DNA of 64,000 nucleotides, taken from assembly GCA_945228905.1 (NCBI GenBank), contig CALYOH010000001.1, forward strand, positions 7,464-71,463, read 5' to 3'. This DNA is from an uncultured Bacillales bacterium (GTDB lineage: Bacteria; Bacillota_I; Bacilli_A; RF39; UBA660). This document shows positions 19,806 to 29,636 of this stretch, piece by piece. A program made the translations under genes and the position numbers. Below the pieces are notes generated by a model. The model was given only the letters and a program-made list of their open reading frames with translations. It ran no database searches and was not told the origin of the DNA. How positions within the stretch are numbered: the stretch's first letter is position 1; the number at the start of each line of letters is the position of its first letter.

Positions 19806-21550
19806 GTTTATTAAAAGAATTTGAAGAAAGTTTAAAAACTATAGTTAAAAATGCAGGCTATGAAGTAGAAAATCTATCTTTAGAGACTTCTAATAGAAAA
19901 GATCTTGGAGAATATCAATTAAATGATGCTATGCAATTAGCTAAAACTTATCATAAGAATCCAAGAGAAATAGCAGAAGAGATAGTAAAAGAAATAGAAA
20001 AAGATGATAGATTTACAAATATTAATATAGCAGGGCCTGGATTTATCAATATTAGTTTAAGTAATAAATATAAATTAGAAATATTAAATAAAATGAATAA
20101 AGATGTTCATTCTAATATTGATAAGAAAGAAAAGAAAAGAATAATTATAGATTACGGTGGAGCAAATGTTGCTAAAGCATTACATGTAGGACACTTAAGA
20201 AGTGCAAATATTGGAGAAGCTCTTAAAAGATTAGCAATATTGTTAGGATATGATGCTTTAGGAGATGCTCACTTAGGAGATTATGGAAGACCTTTAGGAT
20301 TTGTAATTAAAGAAATAAAAGAAATGTATCCAGAACTACCATATTTTGATGAAAATTATAAAGGTGATTATTCAGAAGTAGAACTACCAATATCTAATGA
20401 AGATCTAGAAAAGATTTATCCATTAGCAAGTCAAAAAGCTAAAGAGGATGAAGCATATCTAGAAGAAGGAAGAATAATTACAGTAAAAATACAAAGTCAT
20501 GAAAGAGGATATTATGATTTATGGAAAAAAATAGTAGATATTTCTAAAGCTGATATTAAAGCAACATATGAAGATTTAAATGTTAGTTTTGAAATATGGA
20601 ATGGTGAAAGCGATGAAATGGAATACTTCGAAGAATTAAAAGATATATATGAAAAAAGTGGAGTATTAAAGAGTAGTGAAGGTGCTCAAATAATAGAAGT
20701 TGCTAAAGAAGATGATAAAGCACCAATGCCACCATTACTATTTATTAAATCTAATGGATCAGCATCTTATGAAACAACAGATTTAGCAACAATCTTAGAA
20801 AGAAAAAAGAATTATGATCCAAAAGAAATATGGTATGTAGTTGATGGAAGACAATCTTTACATTTTGACCAAATTTTTAGAGCAATAAGAAAAGTAAATA
20901 TATTATCAGATGACGTAGTATTAGAACATATAGGTTTTGGTACAATGAATGGAAAAGATGGTAAGCCATTTAAAACAAGAGATGGCGGAGTAATGAATCT
21001 AAAACAATTAATTGATTTAGTTTATCAAGAAACATATAAAAAGATAACTAATGAATCAATTAAAGAAGAAGAAAAACCAGAAGTTGCTAAAAAAGTAGCA
21101 ATTGCAGCATTAAAATATGCAGATTTATTACCATATCGTGGAACAGATTATGTATTTGAAGTTGAAAAATTCGCAGACTTAGAAGGAAAAACTGGTCCAT
21201 ATTTACTTTATTCAACTATAAGAATGAAATCATTATTAAATAAAGCAAATCATATAGATACAGATGAAGCTAAAGAGATTAAAGGAGATTCTGAAAAAGA
21301 AATAATTCTTACTTTGTTAGAATTACCAAGAATATTAAACAAATCAATAGATTCTAAATCACTAAATGATATAGCAGAATATCTATATAATTTGACAGCT
21401 TTATATAATAAATTCTATTCTGAAAATAAAGTATTAACAGAAGAGAATAAGGATCTTCAAGAATCATGGTTAGTTCTAACAGATACAGTTTATAAAGTAA
21501 ATAAATTACTTTTAGATGTTTTAGGAATTAATATACCTGAAAAAATGTAA
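19802..21550 (+). CDS. argS: Arginine--tRNA ligase
   Basis: HIGH-type 'ANVAKALHVGHLRS', 'GRQSLHF', C-terminal anticodon-binding (DALR-like) region. Confidence 0.95.
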   Translation: MSLLKEFEESLKTIVKNAGYEVENLSLETSNRKDLGEYQLNDAMQLAKTYHKNPREIAEEIVKEIEKDDRFTNINIAGPGFINISLSNKYKLEILNKMNKDVHSNIDKKEKKRIIIDYGGANVAKALHVGHLRSANIGEALKRLAILLGYDALGDAHLGDYGRPLGFVIKEIKEMYPELPYFDENYKGDYSEVELPISNEDLEKIYPLASQKAKEDEAYLEEGRIITVKIQSHERGYYDLWKKIVDISKADIKATYEDLNVSFEIWNGESDEMEYFEELKDIYEKSGVLKSSEGAQIIEVAKEDDKAPMPPLLFIKSNGSASYETTDLATILERKKNYDPKEIWYVVDGRQSLHFDQIFRAIRKVNILSDDVVLEHIGFGTMNGKDGKPFKTRDGGVMNLKQLIDLVYQETYKKITNESIKEEEKPEVAKKVAIAALKYADLLPYRGTDYVFEVEKFADLEGKTGPYLLYSTIRMKSLLNKANHIDTDEAKEIKGDSEKEIILTLLELPRILNKSIDSKSLNDIAEYLYNLTALYNKFYSENKVLTEENKDLQESWLVLTDTVYKVNKLLLDVLGINIPEKM

Positions 21551-21660
21551 AAAAAGGTTGCGTTAGAATAATATATATGTTATAAATTTATTGGTCATTT
21601 TATTGTACCAATAAAATTAATAAACAAATCAAAGCAATTTGTATATTTAGGAGGGCTATT

Positions 21661-22107
21661 ATGAGTCTTAAAATGAAAAAAGAAGAATTAGAATTATTAT
21701 CAAACAAGGATATAGCTGCATTAATTTTAGATGATAGTAAGAGAATACTAAATACTGCAGATTTATATAAAAAAATTATTAAACTACTAGAATTACCAGA
21801 ATCAACTTTTGAAAGCAAAATTGCTGATTTCTATACAGCTTTAGCGACAGATAAAAGATTTATCTTATTAGATAATGGTAAATGGGATTTAAGAAGTAAT
21901 CATACATCTGATAAAGTAGTTAAAATTATCTCTGATGATGAAGAAGATGAAGAGGAAGAAGAAGATGAAGATCTATCATCACAAGATGACGAAATCGAAG
22001 AAGATAGTTTTGACGATACAGAAGATGAAGAATATGATGATGAAACAAACGAAGAACTTAAAGATTTAGTAGTTATCGATGAAGATGAATTAGAATTAGA
22101 ACAATAA
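21661..22107 (+). CDS. rpoE: DNA-directed RNA polymerase delta subunit
   Basis: N-terminal HARE-HTH-like 'LSNKDIAALILDD...FYTALATDKRFILLDNGKWDLR' plus a long Asp/Glu tail. Confidence 0.8.
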   Translation: MSLKMKKEELELLSNKDIAALILDDSKRILNTADLYKKIIKLLELPESTFESKIADFYTALATDKRFILLDNGKWDLRSNHTSDKVVKIISDDEEDEEEEEDEDLSSQDDEIEEDSFDDTEDEEYDDETNEELKDLVVIDEDELELEQ

Positions 22108-22131
22108 AAGCAGGATTCCTGCTTTTTTTTA
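22107..22131 (+). terminator. Rho-independent terminator after rpoE
   Basis: aaagcagg-att-cctgcttt followed by ttttt. Confidence 0.85.
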
Positions 22132-22179
22132 AAGTAAAATGTGATATAATAGGACTGTTTAAAGAAATGGGTGAAAAAT

Positions 22180-23247
22180 ATGATAGAAAGATTAGAAGCA
22201 ACTCTTGCTAAGTATAATGAACTACAACAAGAATTAACTAAACCTGAAGTATTAAATGATATTAAAAAGACAAAAGACTATTCTAAGCAACTTGCAGAAT
22301 TAGAAGATATAGTTACTTGCTATAAAAAGTATAAAAGAGTACTTGAAAATATAGAAGGAACAAAAGAAATGACTAAAGATCCAGATTTAGGAGAAATGGC
22401 AAAAGAAGAATTGAAGGGTTTAGAAGCAGAAAAAGAAGAATTGGATAAAGAACTAGAAGTATTGTTAATACCAAAAGATCCTAATGATTCTAAGAATGTA
22501 ATTATGGAAATAAGAGGAGCTGCAGGTGGAGACGAAGCAAATATATTTGCAGGAGACTTATTTAGAATGTATACAAGATATGCAGAGAAAAAAGGATTCT
22601 CATATCAAGTATATAACTCAGTAGAAGGAACTGCAGGAGGATTTGCTCAAATAGAATTAATTATTAAAGGTAAAGGAGCTTATTCATTATTAAAATATGA
22701 ATCAGGTTCACATAGAGTACAAAGAGTTCCAGTAACAGAATCAAATGGTAGACTTCAAACTTCAACTGCAACAGTATTAGTAATGCCTGAAGCAGATGAT
22801 GACGTTGAAATAGAAATCAATCCAAATGATTTAAGAATTGATATTTATAGATCATCAGGTTGTGGAGGACAAGGAGTAAATACAACAGATTCAGCAGTAA
22901 GAATAACACACTTACCTACAGGATTAGTTGTAACTTGTCAAAATGAAAGAAGTCAAATTCAAAATAAAGAACAAGCTATGAAAGTATTAAAATCACGTCT
23001 TTATGAAATGCAAGAACAAGAAAAAGCAGAAAGAGAAGGTAATGAAAGACGTAGTAAGATAGGTACTGGAGATAGAGCTGAAAAGATTAGAACTTATAAC
23101 TATCCACAAAATAGAGTAACTGATCATAGAATTGGTTTTACTACTAATAACTTAGATAGAATTATGGATGGAGCACTAGATGAAATAATAGATGCTTTAG
23201 TTCAAGAAGATCAAAAGAGAAAACTAAGTGGAGAAATAAGTGAATAA
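22180..23247 (+). CDS. prfA: Peptide chain release factor 1
   Basis: 'RVPVTES' (PxT), '[23 protein letters not shown]' (GGQ). Confidence 0.95.
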   Translation: MIERLEATLAKYNELQQELTKPEVLNDIKKTKDYSKQLAELEDIVTCYKKYKRVLENIEGTKEMTKDPDLGEMAKEELKGLEAEKEELDKELEVLLIPKDPNDSKNVIMEIRGAAGGDEANIFAGDLFRMYTRYAEKKGFSYQVYNSVEGTAGGFAQIELIIKGKGAYSLLKYESGSHRVQRVPVTESNGRLQTSTATVLVMPEADDDVEIEINPNDLRIDIYRSSGCGGQGVNTTDSAVRITHLPTGLVVTCQNERSQIQNKEQAMKVLKSRLYEMQEQEKAEREGNERRSKIGTGDRAEKIRTYNYPQNRVTDHRIGFTTNNLDRIMDGALDEIIDALVQEDQKRKLSGEISE

Positions 23248-23488
23248 AAAAACAATCAAAACTGATTTAATTTGTCCAGAATGCGGTAGTGTTTTCCCTA
23301 TTATGAGAAAACAAAGTAAACAAAAGAAAACTTTTCATCGTAAATGGTTATTTTGTCCTAAATGTAAAAAAGAAACAAATCATATAGAAACAAAAGAATT
23401 AGAATTATTATTAGAAGAAATAACAATAAAAGAAGAATATCAAAGAACTGAAGATGAAAAGAAGGTATATGCACTAAGAAGAAGGTGA
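23240..23488 (+). CDS. Lys-rich zinc-ribbon small protein inserted between prfA and prmC
   Basis: GTG start 6 nt after ggaga. 'CPECG...CPKCK' four-Cys ribbon. No family recognised. Confidence 0.4.
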   Translation: MNKKTIKTDLICPECGSVFPIMRKQSKQKKTFHRKWLFCPKCKKETNHIETKELELLLEEITIKEEYQRTEDEKKVYALRRR

Positions 23489-23494
23489 GATTAG

Positions 23495-24319
23495 ATGACT
23501 ATAGAAGAATTATTAGTCTATGGAAAACAACATATTCACTCTGATCATGCCAAAATCTTATTAGCAGAACTAATAAACAAGAATCCATTAGAATTATTAA
23601 CTTGTTTAAATGAAACAGTAGATATAAAAACTGCTCAATTGTATAAAAAAGAAGTTTTAGCACTAGAAAGTGGTAAACCACTACAATATGTATTGGGTAA
23701 TGTAAATTTCTATGGAAATAAGTTCTATATAAATGAAAATGTACTTATCCCAAGATTTGAAACAGAAGAACTAGTAGAAAATACAATAAAACTTATTAAT
23801 GAATTATTCACAGAACCTGTGGATATAATAGATTTGGGAACTGGTTCAGGTGTAATAGGACTTACTTTAGAAAAGAAAGTTTCCACAAAAACTGTGGATT
23901 TAATTGATATAGATAAAAAAGCACTAGAAGTTACCCACAAAAACTGTGAATTATTAAATTCAAAAGCAAATATAATAGAAAGTGATTTTTTAAGTAATAT
24001 ACCAAATAAAAAATATGATGTAATAATAAGTAATCCTCCATATATCAAAGATAATGAAGAAATAGAAGATATAGTAAAAAATAATGAACCACATATAGCA
24101 TTATATGCTGGTGTAGATGGATTGGATTGTTATGAAAAGATATTAAGAGAAGTAAAAGATTATATGAAAGAAAAATGTCTTATAGCTTTTGAAATAGGAT
24201 ATACTCAAAGTGAAGATGTTATTAAACTTGCTAATAAGTACTTAGATAATATAAAAATAAGTGTAAAGAAAGATTTATCTGACAAAGATAGAATGTTATT
24301 TATAATAAGGGATTTATGA
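23495..24319 (+). CDS. prmC: Release-factor glutamine methyltransferase PrmC/HemK
   Basis: 'DLGTGSGVIG' SAM motif and 'SNPPYI' (NPPY). Confidence 0.9.
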   Translation: MTIEELLVYGKQHIHSDHAKILLAELINKNPLELLTCLNETVDIKTAQLYKKEVLALESGKPLQYVLGNVNFYGNKFYINENVLIPRFETEELVENTIKLINELFTEPVDIIDLGTGSGVIGLTLEKKVSTKTVDLIDIDKKALEVTHKNCELLNSKANIIESDFLSNIPNKKYDVIISNPPYIKDNEEIEDIVKNNEPHIALYAGVDGLDCYEKILREVKDYMKEKCLIAFEIGYTQSEDVIKLANKYLDNIKISVKKDLSDKDRMLFIIRDL

Positions 24320-24454
24320 TATAAATCCCTTTTATTTGACACTAAAATATGTAATATAATGTTATATTAATTGACTAAAAACAGTAATTAAACTATGATT
24401 AAGTTGAGTAAGTATCTAAATTAATAAAATTTTATATATATTGGAGGAATGAAA

Positions 24455-25708
24455 ATGAAAATAATGGAAATAGAAGGGGCAAGAGAGTTATCAGGAACTA
24501 TTAGAATCAGTGGTGCTAAAAATGCTACTGTTGCATTAATTCCAGCAGCTATTTTAACTGATGAAGAAGCAACAATTTGTAACATTCCAGAAATTACAGA
24601 TACTGATGCATTATGCGATATATTGGAAGCATTAAATGTAGAAGTAAAAAGAGCAAGTGAAAGTATAATTATTAATCCAAAAAACATGAAAAATATTGAA
24701 ATTGAAGAACAATATTCAAAAAAATTAAGAGCATCTTATTACTTTATGGGTGCATTACTTGGAAAATATCATAAAGCATCAATGTATTTCCCTGGAGGCT
24801 GTTCTATAGGAGCAAGACCAATAGATCTACATTTAAAAGGATTTGAATCTTTGGGAGCAACTGTTACTAATGAAGGCAATAAATATATAGTAGAAGCAGA
24901 AGAACTACATGGAGCAAATATTTATTTAGATATAGCTTCGGTAGGAGCAACTATTAATATTATGTTAGCTGCTGTAAGAGCAAAAGGAAGAACAGTAATT
25001 GATAATGCTGCAAAAGAGCCAGAAATAGTTAATGTAGCAACATTCTTAAATAATATGGGTGCTAAAATATCAGGAGCAGGAACATCAACAATAAAAATAG
25101 ATGGAGTAGATCACTTACATAAATGTTTCCATGAAGTAATACCAGATAGAATAGAAGCAGGAACATATATTATTATTGGAGCATTATGTGGAAATATGTT
25201 AAAAATTGATAATGTAATTCCAGATCATATAGATGCACTTTTATCTAAATTAGAAGAAATGGGAGTAGAACTAGAAATTGGTGCTGATTATGTTATTGTA
25301 TCTAAAAAAGATAAATATAAAGCAACTGATATAAAAACAGCTGTATTCCCTGGATTTGCAACAGACTTACAGCAACCATTTACAGTATTACAAACACAAG
25401 CAACTGGTAAGTCTAAAACTACAGAAACTATTTGGGAAAATAGATTTATGCATATCTCATACTTAAGAGAGTTAGGAGCAGATATTACAGTAAAAAATCA
25501 AACTGCTACTATTATTGGACCAACTAAACTTAAAGGTGCAGAAGTAGTTGCAACAGATTTAAGAGCAGGAGCTGCTATGGTAGCAGCAGGATTAACTGCT
25601 GAAGGAAAAACAACTATAACTAACGTAGAACATATATTAAGAGGATATGAACAAATAGTAGAAAAACTTACAAATGTAGGAGCAAAAATAAATTTAAAAG
25701 AGATTTAA
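24455..25708 (+). CDS. murA: UDP-N-acetylglucosamine 1-carboxyvinyltransferase
   Basis: 'ISGAKNA', 'GGCSIGARPIDLHL', 'FPGFATDLQ', 'ATDLRAGAAMV'. Start is ambiguous among ATG 24449/24455/24464. Confidence 0.95.
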   Translation: MKIMEIEGARELSGTIRISGAKNATVALIPAAILTDEEATICNIPEITDTDALCDILEALNVEVKRASESIIINPKNMKNIEIEEQYSKKLRASYYFMGALLGKYHKASMYFPGGCSIGARPIDLHLKGFESLGATVTNEGNKYIVEAEELHGANIYLDIASVGATINIMLAAVRAKGRTVIDNAAKEPEIVNVATFLNNMGAKISGAGTSTIKIDGVDHLHKCFHEVIPDRIEAGTYIIIGALCGNMLKIDNVIPDHIDALLSKLEEMGVELEIGADYVIVSKKDKYKATDIKTAVFPGFATDLQQPFTVLQTQATGKSKTTETIWENRFMHISYLRELGADITVKNQTATIIGPTKLKGAEVVATDLRAGAAMVAAGLTAEGKTTITNVEHILRGYEQIVEKLTNVGAKINLKEI

Positions 25709-25815
25709 AATCTCTTTTTTGTTGAAAATGCTTGAAAATAATAGAAAACTTTGATATATTAATAACGCATTTATTACTATGACAAGCAATTTGTCATGGC
25801 GGAAGGAGAGATAAT

Positions 25816-26031
25816 ATGAAAAAAGAAATACATCCACAAAACTATGATTGTACAGTAACATGTGCTTGTGGAAATACATTTACAGTAAAATCAACAAAAC
25901 CAGAAATAAATGTTGAAATTTGTTCAGCTTGTCATCCATTCTATACAGGAAAACAAGCAAGAGCTTCACGTGCAGGACGTGTAGATAAATTCAACAAAAA
26001 ATATGGATTTGATAAAAAAGAGGCTGAATAA
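25816..26031 (+). CDS. rpmE: 50S ribosomal protein L31 (Cys-containing type A)
   Basis: 'MKKEIHP...[12 protein letters not shown]'. Confidence 0.95.
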   Translation: MKKEIHPQNYDCTVTCACGNTFTVKSTKPEINVEICSACHPFYTGKQARASRAGRVDKFNKKYGFDKKEAE

Positions 26032-26083
26032 TATTCAGTCTTTTTTTTAACTATGATATAATTAGAATGAAAAGAGGTTAAGT

Positions 26084-26527
26084 ATGAAAATAGGATTTGC
26101 AAGTGACCATAGAGGATTTAATTTAAAAGGACAATTAATAGCAGAATTAACAAAAAGAAATTTTGATGTTACAGATTTCGGTACAAATAGTGATAAATCT
26201 ACTGATTATCCAGATTATGCATTTCTTTTAGGAGAAGCAGTAAGAGATGGAAAAGTAGACTTTGGAGTAGCTATTTGTGGATCAGGAATAGGAATAAGTA
26301 TTGCTTGTAATAAAGTAAATGGAGTACGTTGTGCTAAGGTATCTACTAAAGAAGAAGCAGTAGTAACAAGAAATGATAATAATTCAAATATAGTTGCTTT
26401 TGGAGAACAAATTCCATTAGATAAAGCATTTGAAATAGTAATTAACTTTATTAGTACACCATTTTCTGATGAAGAAAAACATCATAGAAGAGTAGATAAA
26501 ATTACTGAATATGAAGGAAAAAGATAA
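26084..26527 (+). CDS. rpiB: Ribose-5-phosphate isomerase B
   Basis: 'MKIGFASDHRGF', 'GVAICGSGIGISIACNK'. Confidence 0.9.
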   Translation: MKIGFASDHRGFNLKGQLIAELTKRNFDVTDFGTNSDKSTDYPDYAFLLGEAVRDGKVDFGVAICGSGIGISIACNKVNGVRCAKVSTKEEAVVTRNDNNSNIVAFGEQIPLDKAFEIVINFISTPFSDEEKHHRRVDKITEYEGKR

Positions 26528-26727
26528 TGACAGCTAAATTTATGTTATATTTTGTAGTAACAATGATAGTTATATGGGCAATGCAATCAGTAAATATAAA
26601 CTCATTATTTAAAAAGAATTGTAACCCATTACAAGCAAGAATTATGTACTTTCTAATGGGACTATCTATGATATATTTAATAACTAATTTTATATTAGAT
26701 GTTGTATCATCAGTAAAAATATTATAA
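26527..26727 (+). CDS. Small two-TM membrane protein (DUF1146/YwzB-like)
   Basis: 66 aa, two hydrophobic helices, TAATG-coupled to rpiB. Confidence 0.45.
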   Translation: MTAKFMLYFVVTMIVIWAMQSVNINSLFKKNCNPLQARIMYFLMGLSMIYLITNFILDVVSSVKIL

Positions 26728-26797
26728 AAGAAGATTTTCTTCTTTTTTTATTGGAAAATAATCATAATATGATAGAATAAAAAAGGGAGGTAATATT

Positions 26798-27796
26798 ATG
26801 TTAACAAAAGATATTGGAATAGATTTAGGAACAGCTAACGTACTTATTTATATTAAAGGTAAAGGCGTAGTTTTAAATGAACCAAGCGTTGTAGTAATAG
26901 AAAAAGAAACAAAAAAAGTGATAGCTGTAGGAAAAGAAGCTTATGACATGATAGGAAAAACTCCTGAAAAAATAGAAGCAATAAGACCATTAAAAGATGG
27001 AGTTATTGCAGATTTTGAATTAACAGAAATAATGTTAAATTACTTTATAAATAAAATAAAGGCTAGAAGATTATTTGCAAGACCAAGAATACTAATATGT
27101 TGTCCAACTAATATTACTCCAGTGGAAAAAAATGCTATTATAGAAGCAGCAGAAAGAACAGGAGCAAGAAAAGTATATATAGAAGAAGAACCAAAAGTTG
27201 CTGCTATAGGAGCAGGAATGGATATATCTAAACCAACTGCTAATATGGTATTAGATATTGGTGGAGGAACTACTGATATTGCAATACTTTCACTAAATGG
27301 AATAGTAGAATCAGAATCTATTAGAATAGCAGGAAATACATTAGATAAAGATATAATTAAATATATTAGAGAAAAATATAAATTACTAATAGGAGAACAA
27401 ACAGCAGAAGATATAAAAATAAATTTTGCTAATATATATAAACCAAAGAAGTCTGAAAAAAGAGAAATAAAAGGTAAGAATCTATTAACAGGATTACCAG
27501 ATTCAATTACAATTACACAAGATGAAATAAAAGAAGCACTTAAAGATGATGTTAATAGAATAATAAAAGCAACTAAATCAGTATTAGAACAAACACCTCC
27601 AGAATTATCAGCAGATATAATAGAAAAAGGAGTAATTCTAACAGGTGGAGGAGCAATGCTTACAGGACTTCTAGATGTATTTGAAGAAGAATTAACAATA
27701 CCAGTTTTAATAGCAGAAACACCATTAACATGTGTAGCTGAAGGAACAGGAATACTATTGAATAATATTAAATTATTAGAAAAAGACCAATCATAA
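26798..27796 (+). CDS. mreB: Rod shape-determining actin homologue MreB/Mbl
   Basis: 'IGIDLGTANVLIY', 'LDIGGGTTDIAILS', 'GVILTGGGAML'. Confidence 0.92.
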   Translation: MLTKDIGIDLGTANVLIYIKGKGVVLNEPSVVVIEKETKKVIAVGKEAYDMIGKTPEKIEAIRPLKDGVIADFELTEIMLNYFINKIKARRLFARPRILICCPTNITPVEKNAIIEAAERTGARKVYIEEEPKVAAIGAGMDISKPTANMVLDIGGGTTDIAILSLNGIVESESIRIAGNTLDKDIIKYIREKYKLLIGEQTAEDIKINFANIYKPKKSEKREIKGKNLLTGLPDSITITQDEIKEALKDDVNRIIKATKSVLEQTPPELSADIIEKGVILTGGGAMLTGLLDVFEEELTIPVLIAETPLTCVAEGTGILLNNIKLLEKDQS

Positions 27797-27860
27797 GATT
27801 GGTTTTTATTTGTATTTATTTATGAAAATGGTATAATTTTGTTAGAAAGAAGTGAAATAA

Positions 27861-28949
27861 ATGAAATTACAATTATTAGAAGCTTCTAAAATAGTATTAG
27901 CTACATTTATATTTTCAGTAATAATAATGTTCCTAATGAGAAAAGTAGCAGTACATATAGGAGCAATGGATAAACCAAGAGAAGAAGAAGAACATAGACA
28001 TATACATAAAGTAGCAACTCCAAAACTTGGAGCGGTAGGAATATTCTTATCATTCTTGCTTGGATATATGTTATTTGGAGAACAATCAGTAAGAATGAAT
28101 TCAATTCTTATAGGAAGTTTTATAATTATATTATGTTCAATAGTAGATGATATTAATCCTATAAAAGCAATGCATAAATTTATAGTTCAAATACTAGCAG
28201 CATCAGTAATAGTTTTCTATGGTGGAATATTACTAGATTATATAAGTGCATTCGGATATGCAATTAACTTTGGAATATTAGCTTATCCAATAACTATACT
28301 ATTTATAGTAGCTTGTTCAAATATAATAAATCTTATAGATGGATTAGATGGACTAAGTGGAGGTATTTGTAGTATTTTCTATATTACAATAGCAATCATA
28401 GGATTCTATCAAGGAAGATTTGGTAGTTTAGTAATGATATTAACTCTTATAATGTTAGGATCTACTTTAGGATTTCTATTCCATAATTTTCATCCAGCAA
28501 AGATATTTGCAGGAGACGGAGCTACTTTTGAAGGATTTATAATAGCAGTAATAACATTATTAGAATTTAAAGGACCTGCACTTATATCATTCTTCGTACC
28601 AGTAACAATCTTAGGAATACCAATTCTAGATACATTATTTGCAATAATAAGAAGATTATTAAAAGGACAACCACCATTCCAAGCAGATAAACAACATCTA
28701 CATCATCAATTGTTAGGAATGAACTTTTCGCAAACAGCAACAGTACTAATAATCTATGCAGTAGACTTACTTTTTGCCACAGCATCAATACTTTATACAG
28801 TATATGCTACAAGAATGTGGCAATTAATATATATAATAATTGCAATACTAGTAATATGGTTTGTATTCCATACATCAATAATTTCAGACAAGAATCCTAA
28901 GTTAGAAAAGAAAATATTAAATAAATTAAAAATACATAAAAATAAATAA
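27861..28949 (+). CDS. MraY/WecA-family (GT4) undecaprenyl-phosphate sugar-phosphate transferase, TagO-like
   Basis: Polytopic. 'NLIDGLDGLSGG', 'FAGDGATF', 'HLHHQLL'. Confidence 0.8.
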   Translation: MKLQLLEASKIVLATFIFSVIIMFLMRKVAVHIGAMDKPREEEEHRHIHKVATPKLGAVGIFLSFLLGYMLFGEQSVRMNSILIGSFIIILCSIVDDINPIKAMHKFIVQILAASVIVFYGGILLDYISAFGYAINFGILAYPITILFIVACSNIINLIDGLDGLSGGICSIFYITIAIIGFYQGRFGSLVMILTLIMLGSTLGFLFHNFHPAKIFAGDGATFEGFIIAVITLLEFKGPALISFFVPVTILGIPILDTLFAIIRRLLKGQPPFQADKQHLHHQLLGMNFSQTATVLIIYAVDLLFATASILYTVYATRMWQLIYIIIAILVIWFVFHTSIISDKNPKLEKKILNKLKIHKNK

Positions 28950-29013
28950 CTACTAAACTTTTAGTAGTTTTTTATTTTATTGTGTTATAATAATAATAAG
29001 AAGGAGGGATTTT

Positions 29014-29556
29014 ATGGAAACTAACATTCGTGGAGAAAAAATTAAAATTACTGAATCTATGAAAGACTACGTAAACGAAAAACTAGAAAAGTTAGATAAA
29101 TATTTTGATAATATTAATGAAGTACGTGCAAACATCATAGTTAAAGTAAATAACAACCATGAGCAAAGAGTAGAAATAACAATACCATTAAAATCATATA
29201 TTCTAAGATCTGAGGAAACACAAGAAGATTTCTATGCTGCTGTTGATAAGACAATCGATAAGCTTGAAAGACAAGTTAGAAAGAATAAGACAAGACTTAT
29301 GTCTAAGAAAGTAAAACCAAGCTATGATTTTAACTTTGCAGAAATAGAATTACCAGAAGAAAAAGAAGAAAAGGAAACTCATAAAATAGTTAAGAGAAAG
29401 ACTATTGAAGTAAAACCAATGAACGAAGAAGAGGCAATACTTCAAATGGAACTTCTTGGTCATCAATTCTTTATGTATAAAGATGCTGAAACTAATCAAC
29501 CAGCAGTTGTATATAAGAGAAATGACGGCAACTATGGAGTTATGGAGTCTGAATAG
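29014..29556 (+). CDS. hpf: Ribosome hibernation-promoting factor (long form)
   Basis: N-terminal S30AE domain and C-terminal dimerisation domain 'KPMNEEEAILQMELLGHQFFMY'. Confidence 0.9.
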   Translation: METNIRGEKIKITESMKDYVNEKLEKLDKYFDNINEVRANIIVKVNNNHEQRVEITIPLKSYILRSEETQEDFYAAVDKTIDKLERQVRKNKTRLMSKKVKPSYDFNFAEIELPEEKEEKETHKIVKRKTIEVKPMNEEEAILQMELLGHQFFMYKDAETNQPAVVYKRNDGNYGVMESE

Positions 29557-29636
29557 AGATACAAAAAGAGAGAAATACTTTTATTTCTCCTTTTTTTTTG
29601 GTAAAATAGTATCTTGAAGGACAAGGAGGCCGAGAA

